Shown here: positions 47,849 through 56,322 of the stretch, in pieces
Position numbering within the stretch: position 1 is the first letter of the stretch
How the letters are laid out: every line of letters starts with the position of its first letter
DNA from: an uncultured Bacillales bacterium
Lineage (GTDB): Bacteria; Bacillota_I; Bacilli_A; RF39; UBA660
Assembly: GCA_947571655.1 (NCBI GenBank)
Contig: CANOYR010000003.1
Span: 3,408 to 67,407 of the forward strand
Length of the DNA: 64,000 nucleotides
Direction: 5' to 3'
The notes under the pieces: generated by a model
The model's database searches: none
Seen by the model: only the letters and a program-made list of their open reading frames with translations
Told to the model about the DNA's origin: nothing
Program-made: the position numbers and the translations under genes

Positions 47849-49600
47849 ATGAAGAAATATAACAATGTACAGTTTAATATAAAAAATGTAGGAGAATCTG
47901 TAGTTTTAGAAGGTTGGGTAGCGAAAAAAAGAAATCTTGGGGGATTAATCTTTTTGGATTTAAGGGATCGTTCAGGGATTATACAGTTGGTGGTACGACC
48001 AGGGCAAAAAGATTATGAATTAGCAAGTGGTTTGAAAACGGAATCAGTAATTAGAGCGAAGGGAAAAATTCTAGAAAGAGAAAGTAAAAATTTAAAAATT
48101 CCAACAGGAGAGATTGAGGTAATTGTCGATGAATTAGAAATTTTTAGTATCGCACATGATCTTCCTTTTGAAATTAGTGATGATACAACGGCATTAGAAG
48201 ATACTAGGCTTAAATATCGTTATTTGGATTTACGAAGAACAAACTTAAAAAAGAATTTAATTGCACGAAGTCAATTAATGCATATTATTCGGAATTTCTT
48301 TTATGAAGAGGGCTTTATAGAAGTAGAAACTCCTATTCTTTGTAAATCTACACCAGAAGGAGCTAGGGATTATCTGGTTCCATCGCGAATAAATCATGGT
48401 AGTTTTTATGCACTTCCTCAGTCTCCTCAAATTTTTAAACAATTATTAATGATTGGTGGAATGGAAAAATACTTTCAAATTGCAAAGTGTTTTCGTGATG
48501 AAGATTTAAGATCAGATCGTCAACCAGAGTTTACACAAGTTGATTTGGAAATGAGTTTTGTAGAGGAGGAAGATGTAATTTCTACAACAGAAAGATTGCT
48601 TGCTAAAGTGTTTAAAGAAATGAAGGGAATTCAATTAACTCTTCCACTTTCTAGAATGAAATATGATGATGCAATTAGAGATTATGGTACTGATCAACCA
48701 GATTTACGTTATGATATGAAAATTCAAAGCTTAAATGAATTATTTAAGAAAACAGAATTTTTAGTTTTCCAAAATATTTTAAAATCTGGAGGAGAAATTG
48801 GATGTATTCTTGTAAAGAATAGTGCAGATAAGTATTCTAGAAAAGAAATTGACAAGTTAGCAGATTTTATGAAGACATATCAGGTAAGTGGAATTTCTTG
48901 GTTAAAGTATATTGATTCTGATTTTTCTGGAAGTATTCGCAAGGTGTTATCGGATGAAGAGTTGAGTGGATTAAAGAATCAATTAAATATTGAAGAAAAT
49001 GATATGCTTTTTATTGTTGCTGATAAGTATGGAATAACAAAAACTTCTCTCGGTGCTTTACGAATTCGATTGGCTCATGAATTGGGTCTTGTGAAAAGAG
49101 GAGATTATCAATTTACGTGGATTGTTGATTTTCCATCTTTTGAGTATAGTGAAGAAGAAAGTCGGTATGTTGCTTGTCATCATCCATTTACAGCACCAAA
49201 AGATACCGATATTGATAAATTGTTAAATGATAAATCAAATTGTTATTCTAAGGCTTATGATATTGTCATTAATGGTTATGAAGCTGGAGGAGGAAGTATC
49301 CGTATTCATCAGGCAGAGGTTCAAAAAAAGATGTTTGAGGCTTTGGGTTTTACTTTAGAGCAAGCAAAGGAAAAATTTGGCTTTTTTCTAGAAGCATTTG
49401 ATTATGGTACTCCTCCCCATGGTGGTCTTGCTTTAGGATTGGATCGATTAACAATGCTTTTAGTAGAAACAGAAAATATTCGAGATGTAATTGCTTTTCC
49501 AAAGACTACTAGTGCTTCTTGCTTGATGAGTGAGTGCCCAAATAGGGTGGATCAAAAGCAATTAGATGAGTTGGAAATATCAGTAGTAGAAAAAGACTAA
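47849..49600 (+). CDS. aspS: Aspartate--tRNA ligase
   Basis: N-terminal OB anticodon-binding domain, class II motifs (FRDEDLR, GGGSIRIH, GLDRL) and a GAD insertion. Confidence 0.9.
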   Translation: MKKYNNVQFNIKNVGESVVLEGWVAKKRNLGGLIFLDLRDRSGIIQLVVRPGQKDYELASGLKTESVIRAKGKILERESKNLKIPTGEIEVIVDELEIFSIAHDLPFEISDDTTALEDTRLKYRYLDLRRTNLKKNLIARSQLMHIIRNFFYEEGFIEVETPILCKSTPEGARDYLVPSRINHGSFYALPQSPQIFKQLLMIGGMEKYFQIAKCFRDEDLRSDRQPEFTQVDLEMSFVEEEDVISTTERLLAKVFKEMKGIQLTLPLSRMKYDDAIRDYGTDQPDLRYDMKIQSLNELFKKTEFLVFQNILKSGGEIGCILVKNSADKYSRKEIDKLADFMKTYQVSGISWLKYIDSDFSGSIRKVLSDEELSGLKNQLNIEENDMLFIVADKYGITKTSLGALRIRLAHELGLVKRGDYQFTWIVDFPSFEYSEEESRYVACHHPFTAPKDTDIDKLLNDKSNCYSKAYDIVINGYEAGGGSIRIHQAEVQKKMFEALGFTLEQAKEKFGFFLEAFDYGTPPHGGLALGLDRLTMLLVETENIRDVIAFPKTTSASCLMSECPNRVDQKQLDELEISVVEKD

Positions 49601-49632
49601 AGAAAGACTAAAGGTCTTTTTTTTTATTAATG

Positions 49633-49650
49633 TATTATTTAAAGTTTTTC
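49633..49650. repeat. Left copy of 18-bp direct repeat ATTATTTAAAGTTTTTCT flanking the IS (putative target-site duplication)
   Basis: Identical 18-mer at 51229-51246. Divergence begins immediately beyond the repeat on the inner side. Confidence 0.55.
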
Positions 49651-51228
49651 TGTCAATTTTTTTTAAAAATGTCAGTAAAATCGTTTTGAGAAAATGTCAG
49701 TTTGAAGTATAGTCATAGTAAGATCAAAAGATCAATTTTTGATGTGAGAAGATTATACTTCTTTTCTTTGTTAGTCAAGAATCAAGATAAACGACTGAAG
49801 TCGTCCTTGACTAACAACCATGATTTAGACAATAGTACATATTACTGTGAGAAGTAATAGGAGGTAACCCTTTTCTCCAAGGGGGATTTATAGATTTATG
49901 AGTTTTAGAAGAGTTAATATTGGAACTAGATTTCGTTATTTTGATATTTCTTTTTAACGAGGTATTAAAGTCTTTAACGGTATGTAAGTCATACCAAGTA
50001 TCATTAAATAAAATATGTTCAGTACCATCAAGAAATGTATATACTCTAACAGATTTGCTAGTTGGGAGATATACTTTCTCATTATTTTTTAATATTACAT
50101 GATAGACTTTATTGTATTTTAAGTAGGAATTATGAAATACCTTATGCTCACTCCAAACAGCTAATTGTTTGTTATAATCAAAATCATTGTCTAGACATAT
50201 GAAATGATTTTTGGTATTATCAATAGGAAGAGCGAATCTAGCGTTGTATTTGGGGATAAAGACATCGTTTAAGTATTGATTTGCCTCTTCAATTGTATGT
50301 ATGTGTTTCTTTTTGAGCTCTTTATATAAACGATCTTGAAAAGTTCTCCATAGTCTTTCAATCCTGCCTTTAGCACGTGGATTGATAGAAATAATATCTG
50401 TTCCAATATGTTCTAACATATTAGCGAAACGGGTATTTTTTATTTGTTTACCTTGAAGTTCGTCTTCTAAGGTTAACTCCTTTTTAGGAGATTTAAAAAC
50501 GGTTCTATAATCGGTATATAGATATTCAGGAATGCCATAGTTTTGAATTGTTTGTTTCATAATCATTTGATATCCGAAAATAGTTTCTTCTTTATCAAAG
50601 AAACAAGAGGTTACAGTACCAGTGGAATCATCGATTCCACCATGAAGATAGTAATATTTATCATCACCATAGAACCATTGGTGTTTCGATGCATCAACTT
50701 GAATTAATTCTCCAGCATATTCTTTTCTTTCTCTAGGAGGATAAGATTTTTTATGTTTTTTATATTTATGAGGAGATTCAATACCATTAGAAGTAAGAAG
50801 GTTATAAATAAAAGAATCAGAAACTATAATTTTGTGATAATCTTCTAAAATGTCATTAAAATGGTAGAAATTCCAACCTTCATATTCTTTATGATACAGA
50901 TCTATAATTTTATTTTTTAGTTCTTCTGAATATCCACGATGAGTGGATCTATTTCTATTTTTATGAGAAATACTTTTAATGCCATCTTTTAAGTAAGCCT
51001 TTTTCTTTCTATATATTTGTCTTTTAGATAGACCAGTTAATCTTGATACATCTGATATATTAATTTCGTTGGCAAGTAATTTTATTAAAATATTATTAAT
51101 TCTTTCTTCTTTCATATTTAATGTAATCCTTTCATTCATTTTGATTGCTCCCTTCCTAAGGAGCATATTATACCACTTACTGCCATTTTTAAAAAATGAT
51201 ATATACTGACATTATCACAAAATGATTA
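49651..51228 (-). mobile_element. Insertion sequence (~1.58 kb), DDE transposase, ISNCY/IS1202-like
   Basis: A single transposase ORF. The imperfect terminal inverted repeats start TGTCAATTTTTTTTAAAAATGTCAGTA (left) and TGTAATCATTTTGTGATAATGTCAGTA (reverse complement of the right end). An 18-bp direct repeat flanks it. It sits between the aspS terminator and the tRNA promoter. Confidence 0.5.
49811..51139 (-). CDS. DDE (rve integrase-core) transposase
   Basis: N-terminal HTH (ISDVSRLTGLSKRQIYR). DDE core: IQVDASKH...HGGIDDSTG...LYTDYRTVF...E. The start is MNERITL, after the RBS ggaagggag. Confidence 0.7.
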   Translation of the reverse strand: MNERITLNMKEERINNILIKLLANEINISDVSRLTGLSKRQIYRKKKAYLKDGIKSISHKNRNRSTHRGYSEELKNKIIDLYHKEYEGWNFYHFNDILEDYHKIIVSDSFIYNLLTSNGIESPHKYKKHKKSYPPRERKEYAGELIQVDASKHQWFYGDDKYYYLHGGIDDSTGTVTSCFFDKEETIFGYQMIMKQTIQNYGIPEYLYTDYRTVFKSPKKELTLEDELQGKQIKNTRFANMLEHIGTDIISINPRAKGRIERLWRTFQDRLYKELKKKHIHTIEEANQYLNDVFIPKYNARFALPIDNTKNHFICLDNDFDYNKQLAVWSEHKVFHNSYLKYNKVYHVILKNNEKVYLPTSKSVRVYTFLDGTEHILFNDTWYDLHTVKDFNTSLKRNIKITKSSSNINSSKTHKSINPPWRKGLPPITSHSNMYYCLNHGC

Positions 51229-51246
51229 CAATTATTTAAAGTTTTT
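51229..51246. repeat. Right copy of the 18-bp direct repeat flanking the IS
   Basis: ATTATTTAAAGTTTTTCT is identical to 49633-49650. Confidence 0.55.
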
Positions 51247-51325
51247 CTTGCATTTTTATTCATTTTGTAGTAGAATAATGCATACCTTGTATAAGAATCG
51301 GAAAGTAGCAAAGGGGGTTACATCA

Positions 51326-51745
51326 ATGAATTCTTCTTATATATTTGAATACCAAAATGAAAACGAGTTTAAGGTAAAGGAGAGAACTTTACGAAAGTAT
51401 AATATGATTGCATATAAGGAACTTGTCTTTAAAGATTATCCTGCACTAAGAAATGGGAAATTTTTAGGTAATTTAGTCTCTGAAAATAAAGAGGAAAAGA
51501 TTAAAAGTTATGAATTAGAATTGCCAAGTGATGATTCGTTTAAAAAAGTTCATGGAAATGTATATTTGCATTATACAGTTTATGAAATTGGCAAAGTAGT
51601 ATTATTAACAAATATTAGTCCAGATGAAATCTTGGAAGAAGCTCATCGTACTGAGCTTCCTACTTATAAGGGAGTATTGATTTCTAAAAGCAATCCTCAA
51701 AAAGATATTTTTAAGGTGAATTTGTTAAATATGTTGAATAAATAA
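51326..51745 (+). CDS. Hypothetical protein (orphan ORF between IS and tRNA promoter)
   Basis: RBS aaagggggt precedes ATG 51326. The 139-aa product has no recognised motif. Confidence 0.3.
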   Translation: MNSSYIFEYQNENEFKVKERTLRKYNMIAYKELVFKDYPALRNGKFLGNLVSENKEEKIKSYELELPSDDSFKKVHGNVYLHYTVYEIGKVVLLTNISPDEILEEAHRTELPTYKGVLISKSNPQKDIFKVNLLNMLNK

Positions 51746-51765
51746 AAGTAAAATCAAAAAAAATA

Positions 51766-51794
51766 TTGCAACAATTGTAAAAATATGTTACTAT
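51766..51794 (+). promoter_or_regulatory. Sigma-A-type promoter for the tRNA pair
   Basis: TTGCAA, a 17-nt spacer, then TACTAT, about 12 nt before the tRNA 5-prime end. Confidence 0.45.
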
Positions 51795-51806
51795 TAAAAA
51801 GTCGAT

Positions 51807-51883
51807 GGACCCTTAGCTCAGTTGGTTAGAGCATTCGGCTCATAACCGAACGGTCGATGGTTCGAGTCCATCAGGGTCCACCA
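51807..51883 (+). tRNA. tRNA-Met (anticodon CAT; could alternatively be tRNA-Ile2/k2C)
   Basis: 77-nt cloverleaf with 7-bp acceptor GGACCCT/AGGGTCC, D-arm GCTC-AGTTGGTTA-GAGC, anticodon loop CTCATAA, T-arm GGTTCGAGTCC, and encoded CCA. Confidence 0.85.
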
Positions 51884-51891
51884 CAAAATAT

Positions 51892-51976
51892 GCGGGTATG
51901 GCGGAATTGGCAGACGCACTAGACTTAGGATCTAGCGCCGCAAGGCTTGCAGGTTCAACTCCTGTTACCCGCACCA
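51892..51976 (+). tRNA. tRNA-Leu (anticodon TAG), class II with long variable arm
   Basis: GCGGGTATGGCGGAATTGGCAGACGC...anticodon loop CTTAGGA...variable arm...GGTTCAACTCCTGTTACCCGCACCA. Confidence 0.85.
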
Positions 51977-51988
51977 ATCGACATATAG

Positions 51989-52010
51989 CCCTTGATTTTC
52001 AAGGGTTTTT
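51989..52010 (+). terminator. Intrinsic terminator after the tRNA pair
   Basis: CCCTTG-atttt-CAAGGG followed by TTTTT. It overlaps the integrase stop codon. Confidence 0.5.
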
Positions 52011-53238
52011 ATATGCCCAAAATTATCTCTGGTCTTGTTTTGGTCTTGTTACTATTCTTTATTTCATCAATATAACTAATACTATCGAAATAATCTTTAG
52101 GAATCAAATGAATATATGTTTTCATTGTTTCATCAACGCTGGAGTGACGTAATCGCTTTGAAACTACCGTAATTGGCAGTTTTAATGATATTAACCAAGA
52201 GGCAAAAGAATGGCGAAAATCGTGTAATCTAAAGTTTCCTTGAGTAATATTTGTTTTCTTCAAATATTTATTTACAGCATTACAGAGTGAATTCTCAGAT
52301 ATTGGTTCATCTTTACCAAATATAAACCATGTTTCTTTAAAGTTAGGATCTTTCATACAAATTAACTTCCATTGGTGTATTTTCTCATTTAATTGTTTAT
52401 CTAGAGGCATTACATCTTTAGAAGATGGTGTTTTTGGATCTTTTAAATATCTTTTTTGTCCTTTCTTTTTTTTACTCATTGTATGATTTACAGTTAGAGT
52501 AGAATTTTCATAAGAATAATCTATCCATCTAAAGGCCATTAATTCTCCCGGTCTAGGCCCATTTGAGTAAAACAAATCAAAGATAGTATGATATTTATCA
52601 TCTTTTTTCGTTACTTCTAATAGTTTTAAATACTGTTCATAGGAAATTATATTGTATTTTTTTTCTTTTCTTTGATTAGCAATCATCTTTTTAGTGCCAA
52701 ACTTTCCGACTTTTCTAATTGGATTAGTCACAATTAACTCATTACTAACCGCAAATTCATACATCGCATTTACATAAGAATGTATTGCGTTTAAAAAAGA
52801 AAGTGAGTATTTTTTTTCTTTTTTTCCTCGAATGTATGTGGAATCTATTTTTTTGTCTTGCCATTGCTTATATTTGTCGCTAGTGTATGATATTATTTTT
52901 TTTACTCCTTCAGTTGGTAAAAAATGTTGTTCTAATCTGTTTTCAATAATCATTAAGCTATCATCATCTATTTTATGTTTTTTTGATTCTATGTACATCT
53001 TGAAAAGTTCATTATTGTTTATTTTTCTTACACCATTTGTAGATAATTGATTTTTATTATTGCTTAGTTCTTTAATAGCGTTTTCATATCCTTCTTTACC
53101 TAACCACATATTTCCATGATTGTCTAATCTTTTTGTAATCTGTTTTCCATTTACATAGGGTCTAATATAATATCTCGTTTGTCCATTTACTTTTTCTGGA
53201 TATTCATAAATAGGTATTGTTTTCTTTGATTTTGGCAT
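52009..53238 (-). CDS. int: Tyrosine site-specific integrase
   Basis: C-terminal catalytic domain with R...HDFRHSFAS...RLRHSSVDETMKTYIHL (R-H-R-Y). Confidence 0.85.
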   Translation of the reverse strand: MPKSKKTIPIYEYPEKVNGQTRYYIRPYVNGKQITKRLDNHGNMWLGKEGYENAIKELSNNKNQLSTNGVRKINNNELFKMYIESKKHKIDDDSLMIIENRLEQHFLPTEGVKKIISYTSDKYKQWQDKKIDSTYIRGKKEKKYSLSFLNAIHSYVNAMYEFAVSNELIVTNPIRKVGKFGTKKMIANQRKEKKYNIISYEQYLKLLEVTKKDDKYHTIFDLFYSNGPRPGELMAFRWIDYSYENSTLTVNHTMSKKKKGQKRYLKDPKTPSSKDVMPLDKQLNEKIHQWKLICMKDPNFKETWFIFGKDEPISENSLCNAVNKYLKKTNITQGNFRLHDFRHSFASWLISLKLPITVVSKRLRHSSVDETMKTYIHLIPKDYFDSISYIDEIKNSNKTKTRPEIILGI

Positions 53239-53614
53239 ACTTTACATATTCTCCTTTCCGTATGCCCTCCTTTCAAGCACTATATTATAATACTTTTTGT
53301 GTACTTTTCAATGACATTTTGTAAATTAATTAAAAAAATCGAAAAAATGTTCGTGTTTGGTTTTTTTCTAAAACGAATTATATTATAATAAAAAAGTAAG
53401 ATATCTTATGGCACAGGTTATCAATAAATTTTCATGAAAATATATGATAATATTGGATAAACATAGTATGTCGCAGTATTTGTACTAATGTTTATTAATT
53501 TTAATTATGGATTAAAAAGGGTAGAGGAGAGCGATGTAGTATGTATATTAAGTATTTGTATTTTATTTTAAAAGATTATAGATTGTATGATCGGTTTATA
53601 GAATATTTAGAAAA

Positions 53615-53642
53615 TAAAAAAGACACTAATTAATGGTGTCTT
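53615..53642 (-). terminator. Intrinsic terminator of the minus-strand lipoprotein gene
   Basis: AGACACTA-atta-ATGGTGTCT with a U-run on the minus strand. Confidence 0.45.
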
Positions 53643-53969
53643 TTAATCTACGCATTCAATACTTTTTAAATCTATAGAATAATTTTCAATATTTGTAATA
53701 TTGCCTGAATACAAGCATTCAAAATTTTTTGTTTCTTTAGCTTCTAAGTTGTTTACTATACACAAATCCTCTTCTTTTAATGAACCACTTTTATATTCTA
53801 AATTAATCCATAAGGTATTACAACTCTTTGAACTATTATTTTTGATTGTTCCTGTGACCCAATTCAAATTTATTTTCTCAGACCAATTCATTTGAGATAT
53901 TTCATATTTTGTATTCCTACATCCACACAAACACAGACAGCATAGTCCGATTAATAATATTTTTTTCAT
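53643..53969 (-). CDS. Small lipoprotein (hypothetical)
   Basis: RBS gaaaggagt, then MKKILLIGLCCLCLCGC (signal peptide plus lipobox). The product is 108 aa. Confidence 0.4.
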   Translation of the reverse strand: MKKILLIGLCCLCLCGCRNTKYEISQMNWSEKINLNWVTGTIKNNSSKSCNTLWINLEYKSGSLKEEDLCIVNNLEAKETKNFECLYSGNITNIENYSIDLKSIECVD

Positions 53970-54059
53970 ATTACTCCTTTCTGTCTCTATACTAGCAGAC
54001 TTGTTTGATTTCATACTATCATATTTAAAGCAAAAAGAAAAGATACTATTTTTCAGTAT

Positions 54060-54485
54060 CTACTTTCTTTCTATGCAATTAAATTTTAATACTTCATCTT
54101 CTTCAAGTTTCTTCATTTTTTCAATATACGAAATTTTATCATTAGAATTGTATATAGAAGTAAAACTTGAATGAACAATTTTACCATTTCGGCTGGCTTT
54201 GCAATCTTGCACTTTTTCATCTGTCTCTTTACACCATTCTTTATGAGATTGTTCATTTTCAATTGCTTCCGAGAGTGTTTCATAACCAAAAAATGCAACT
54301 ATTTTTTCTTTTAAAATATATTTTCGACTTCTATCTAAATAATAGGTGTATTCAAGATAATTTTCGTCTTCCTTACTACCACTTGAGCAAATTGTATAGG
54401 GGTGAGGTTCGTTAGTGGTAAACGCAATGGTTCCAATTAGTAAAATACTAACAATGGTGATAATAATCAAAACTTTCTTTTTCAT
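54060..54485 (-). CDS. Membrane-anchored hypothetical protein (co-transcribed with repressor)
   Basis: MKKKVLIIITIVSILLIGTIAF N-terminal TM anchor. The start overlaps the repressor stop (ATGA). Confidence 0.35.
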   Translation of the reverse strand: MKKKVLIIITIVSILLIGTIAFTTNEPHPYTICSSGSKEDENYLEYTYYLDRSRKYILKEKIVAFFGYETLSEAIENEQSHKEWCKETDEKVQDCKASRNGKIVHSSFTSIYNSNDKISYIEKMKKLEEDEVLKFNCIERK

Positions 54486-54814
54486 TTTATTTTTTTCTCC
54501 TTTAACACATCGACAATCTGTAGGGCTTTATGTAATTCATCAATTGTTAAGTCATCACCAACCATTAATCCAGATTGTTTTAATAATCGTTTTATTTGCT
54601 CAATTTCTTCTAAACCATCAATTTCATTCCCCAATAAATAATCAATTGTTACTTGAAATTGATTTGCTATTTCTTTAATTATTTCTAATGATGGTTGACT
54701 AATACCAGATTCCCAATAGGAAACTGTATTTTTTGCAACACCCAATTTTTCTCCTAGTTCTTGTTGAGTTAAATTTGCTTGTTTTCTTAGCTCTTTTAAT
54801 TTGTTTCCAAACAA
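54482..54814 (-). CDS. XRE-family HTH repressor (cI-like)
   Basis: HTH KLKELRKQANLTQQELGEKLGVAKNTVSYWESG. The likely start is TTG after the RBS aaaggtggag. The ORF-track start, GTG at 54826, is also possible. Confidence 0.7.
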   Translation of the reverse strand: MFGNKLKELRKQANLTQQELGEKLGVAKNTVSYWESGISQPSLEIIKEIANQFQVTIDYLLGNEIDGLEEIEQIKRLLKQSGLMVGDDLTIDELHKALQIVDVLKEKKIK

Positions 54815-54831
54815 GTGAATCTCCACCTTTT

Positions 54832-54853
54832 CATATATACTAAAGTATATATG
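54832..54853. promoter_or_regulatory. Perfect 10/10 palindromic operator candidate at the repressor start
   Basis: CATATATACT-aa-AGTATATATG lies immediately upstream of the repressor RBS. Confidence 0.4.
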
Positions 54854-54943
54854 AATTATACCATATAAGTTGATAGATTAGTATGAAAAAGTCAATAAAT
54901 ATGAATAATTATCGTAAAATAATTAAAAAATTGATTTTATATA

Positions 54944-54972
54944 TTGACTTTGTTCAACAATATTGATATATT
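54944..54972 (+). promoter_or_regulatory. Rightward early promoter (P_R-like)
   Basis: TTGACT, a 17-nt spacer, then TATATT, oriented towards the cro-like and replication genes. Confidence 0.45.
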
Positions 54973-55333
54973 TGTATTGTAGCAAGGATAAGTTACTTGT
55001 GAAGAATAAAAAAAGAAGTTAAGTTCTGTCGTCGAAAAATAGAAACTTAACTCCTAGGCAATTACTTTTTAACTACAACTTTAATTAATGAAATATCACT
55101 AATTTTAATTGTAATATCGTTATTAAGTAATCGTTTTAATAGAGTGATCATTAATTAAGACCTTTCTTTTTGTGCGTGAGCACCTAACTGTATTGGCCTC
55201 CTTCCAATGACACACCTCCTGCTACAAAAGACATTTAATGGCATTTGTAACACTTATAAAATAACACAAACGTCCATTATTGTCAATCAATGTATGGACT
55301 TTTTCTATACAAAAAAATATTGAAGCGAAGGGA

Positions 55334-55585
55334 GTGAAGACGATCGAATTAAAATCGCTAGATAGATTGTTTTATAAGGCTCTAGGAAGAGAATTATCTC
55401 TTATTAGACATCGTAAAGGAATCAATCTAAAAGAAATTGGAGAAGAACTGTCTTGTAGTGCACAAATGGTCGATAATTTTGAGCTTGGAAAGTGTAGAGT
55501 GTCCGAGGAAAAATTCGCCAGATATTGCAACTATTTAGGTATCGAACCAATTTTAGAAATTACAGTAAAATTTAAGAAAGAGTAG
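55334..55585 (+). CDS. Cro/XRE-like HTH protein
   Basis: HTH LSLIRHRKGINLKEIGEELSCSAQMVDNFELGK. The start is uncertain: TTG 55280 or GTG 55334. Confidence 0.45.
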   Translation: MKTIELKSLDRLFYKALGRELSLIRHRKGINLKEIGEELSCSAQMVDNFELGKCRVSEEKFARYCNYLGIEPILEITVKFKKE

Positions 55586-55593
55586 GGTTAATT

Positions 55594-56322
55594 ATGCAAC
55601 ATAGTTTTGATGTAGAAATAGCACAAAAGTATGGGATTTTGGAAGCAATTTTATTGGAAAATATTTATTATTGGATTAAAAAAAATGAAGCCAATAACAA
55701 GCATTTTTATGATGGAAAATATTGGACCTATAATTCAAGAAAAGCATTCGCCGAAATATTCCCATATGCTAGTGAAAAACAAATACGAACAGCCTTAGAA
55801 AAACTGATTAAAAATGGTTTAATTATCACGGGAAATTATAACCAAGATGGCAGAGATAGAACATTGTGGTATTCACTTACAGATGGGGGAATTTCACTGT
55901 TTCTAAAAAGGCAAATGCAACAGACTAACAAGTCAGACACACTTGCCCAAGAGGGCGAACCATTACCAGATAATAAACCAGATATATTACCCCCTTATAT
56001 TCCCCCTAAGGGAGAAACCAAGGAAAACAACAAAGAATTAATCGAGCAAATAATTGATTATCTTAACAGCAAAGGTGGTACATCATTCAAATCCACGAAT
56101 AAGCAAACAGTACAATTGATTAATGCTAGAATCAGACAAGGATACAACCTAGAAGATTTTAAAGACGTAATTTGGTATTGCTATTGTGAGTGGGTTCAAG
56201 AACCGTTTAAATTCAAAAACGGAAAAATGAGTGACACATATTTTAGACCATCAACACTGTTTAGAGAAACAAATTTTGAAAATTATTTACAAGAATATCG
56301 TAAAAGTATAAGTGGAACGTAA
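55594..56322 (+). CDS. Phage replisome organizer / DnaD-like replication protein with conserved phage C-terminal domain
   Basis: N-terminal winged-helix-like region (YGILEAILLENIYYWIKKNE...YWTYNSRKAFAEIFPYASEKQIRTALEKLIKNGLI). It lies immediately upstream of the DnaB helicase, and the ORFs overlap. Confidence 0.5.
   Translation: MQHSFDVEIAQKYGILEAILLENIYYWIKKNEANNKHFYDGKYWTYNSRKAFAEIFPYASEKQIRTALEKLIKNGLIITGNYNQDGRDRTLWYSLTDGGISLFLKRQMQQTNKSDTLAQEGEPLPDNKPDILPPYIPPKGETKENNKELIEQIIDYLNSKGGTSFKSTNKQTVQLINARIRQGYNLEDFKDVIWYCYCEWVQEPFKFKNGKMSDTYFRPSTLFRETNFENYLQEYRKSISGT

Noticed and set aside
51898-52152. 84-aa plus-strand ORF starting inside tRNA-Leu
   Set aside because: It overlaps a confidently folded tRNA and its terminator. 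It is a translation artefact.
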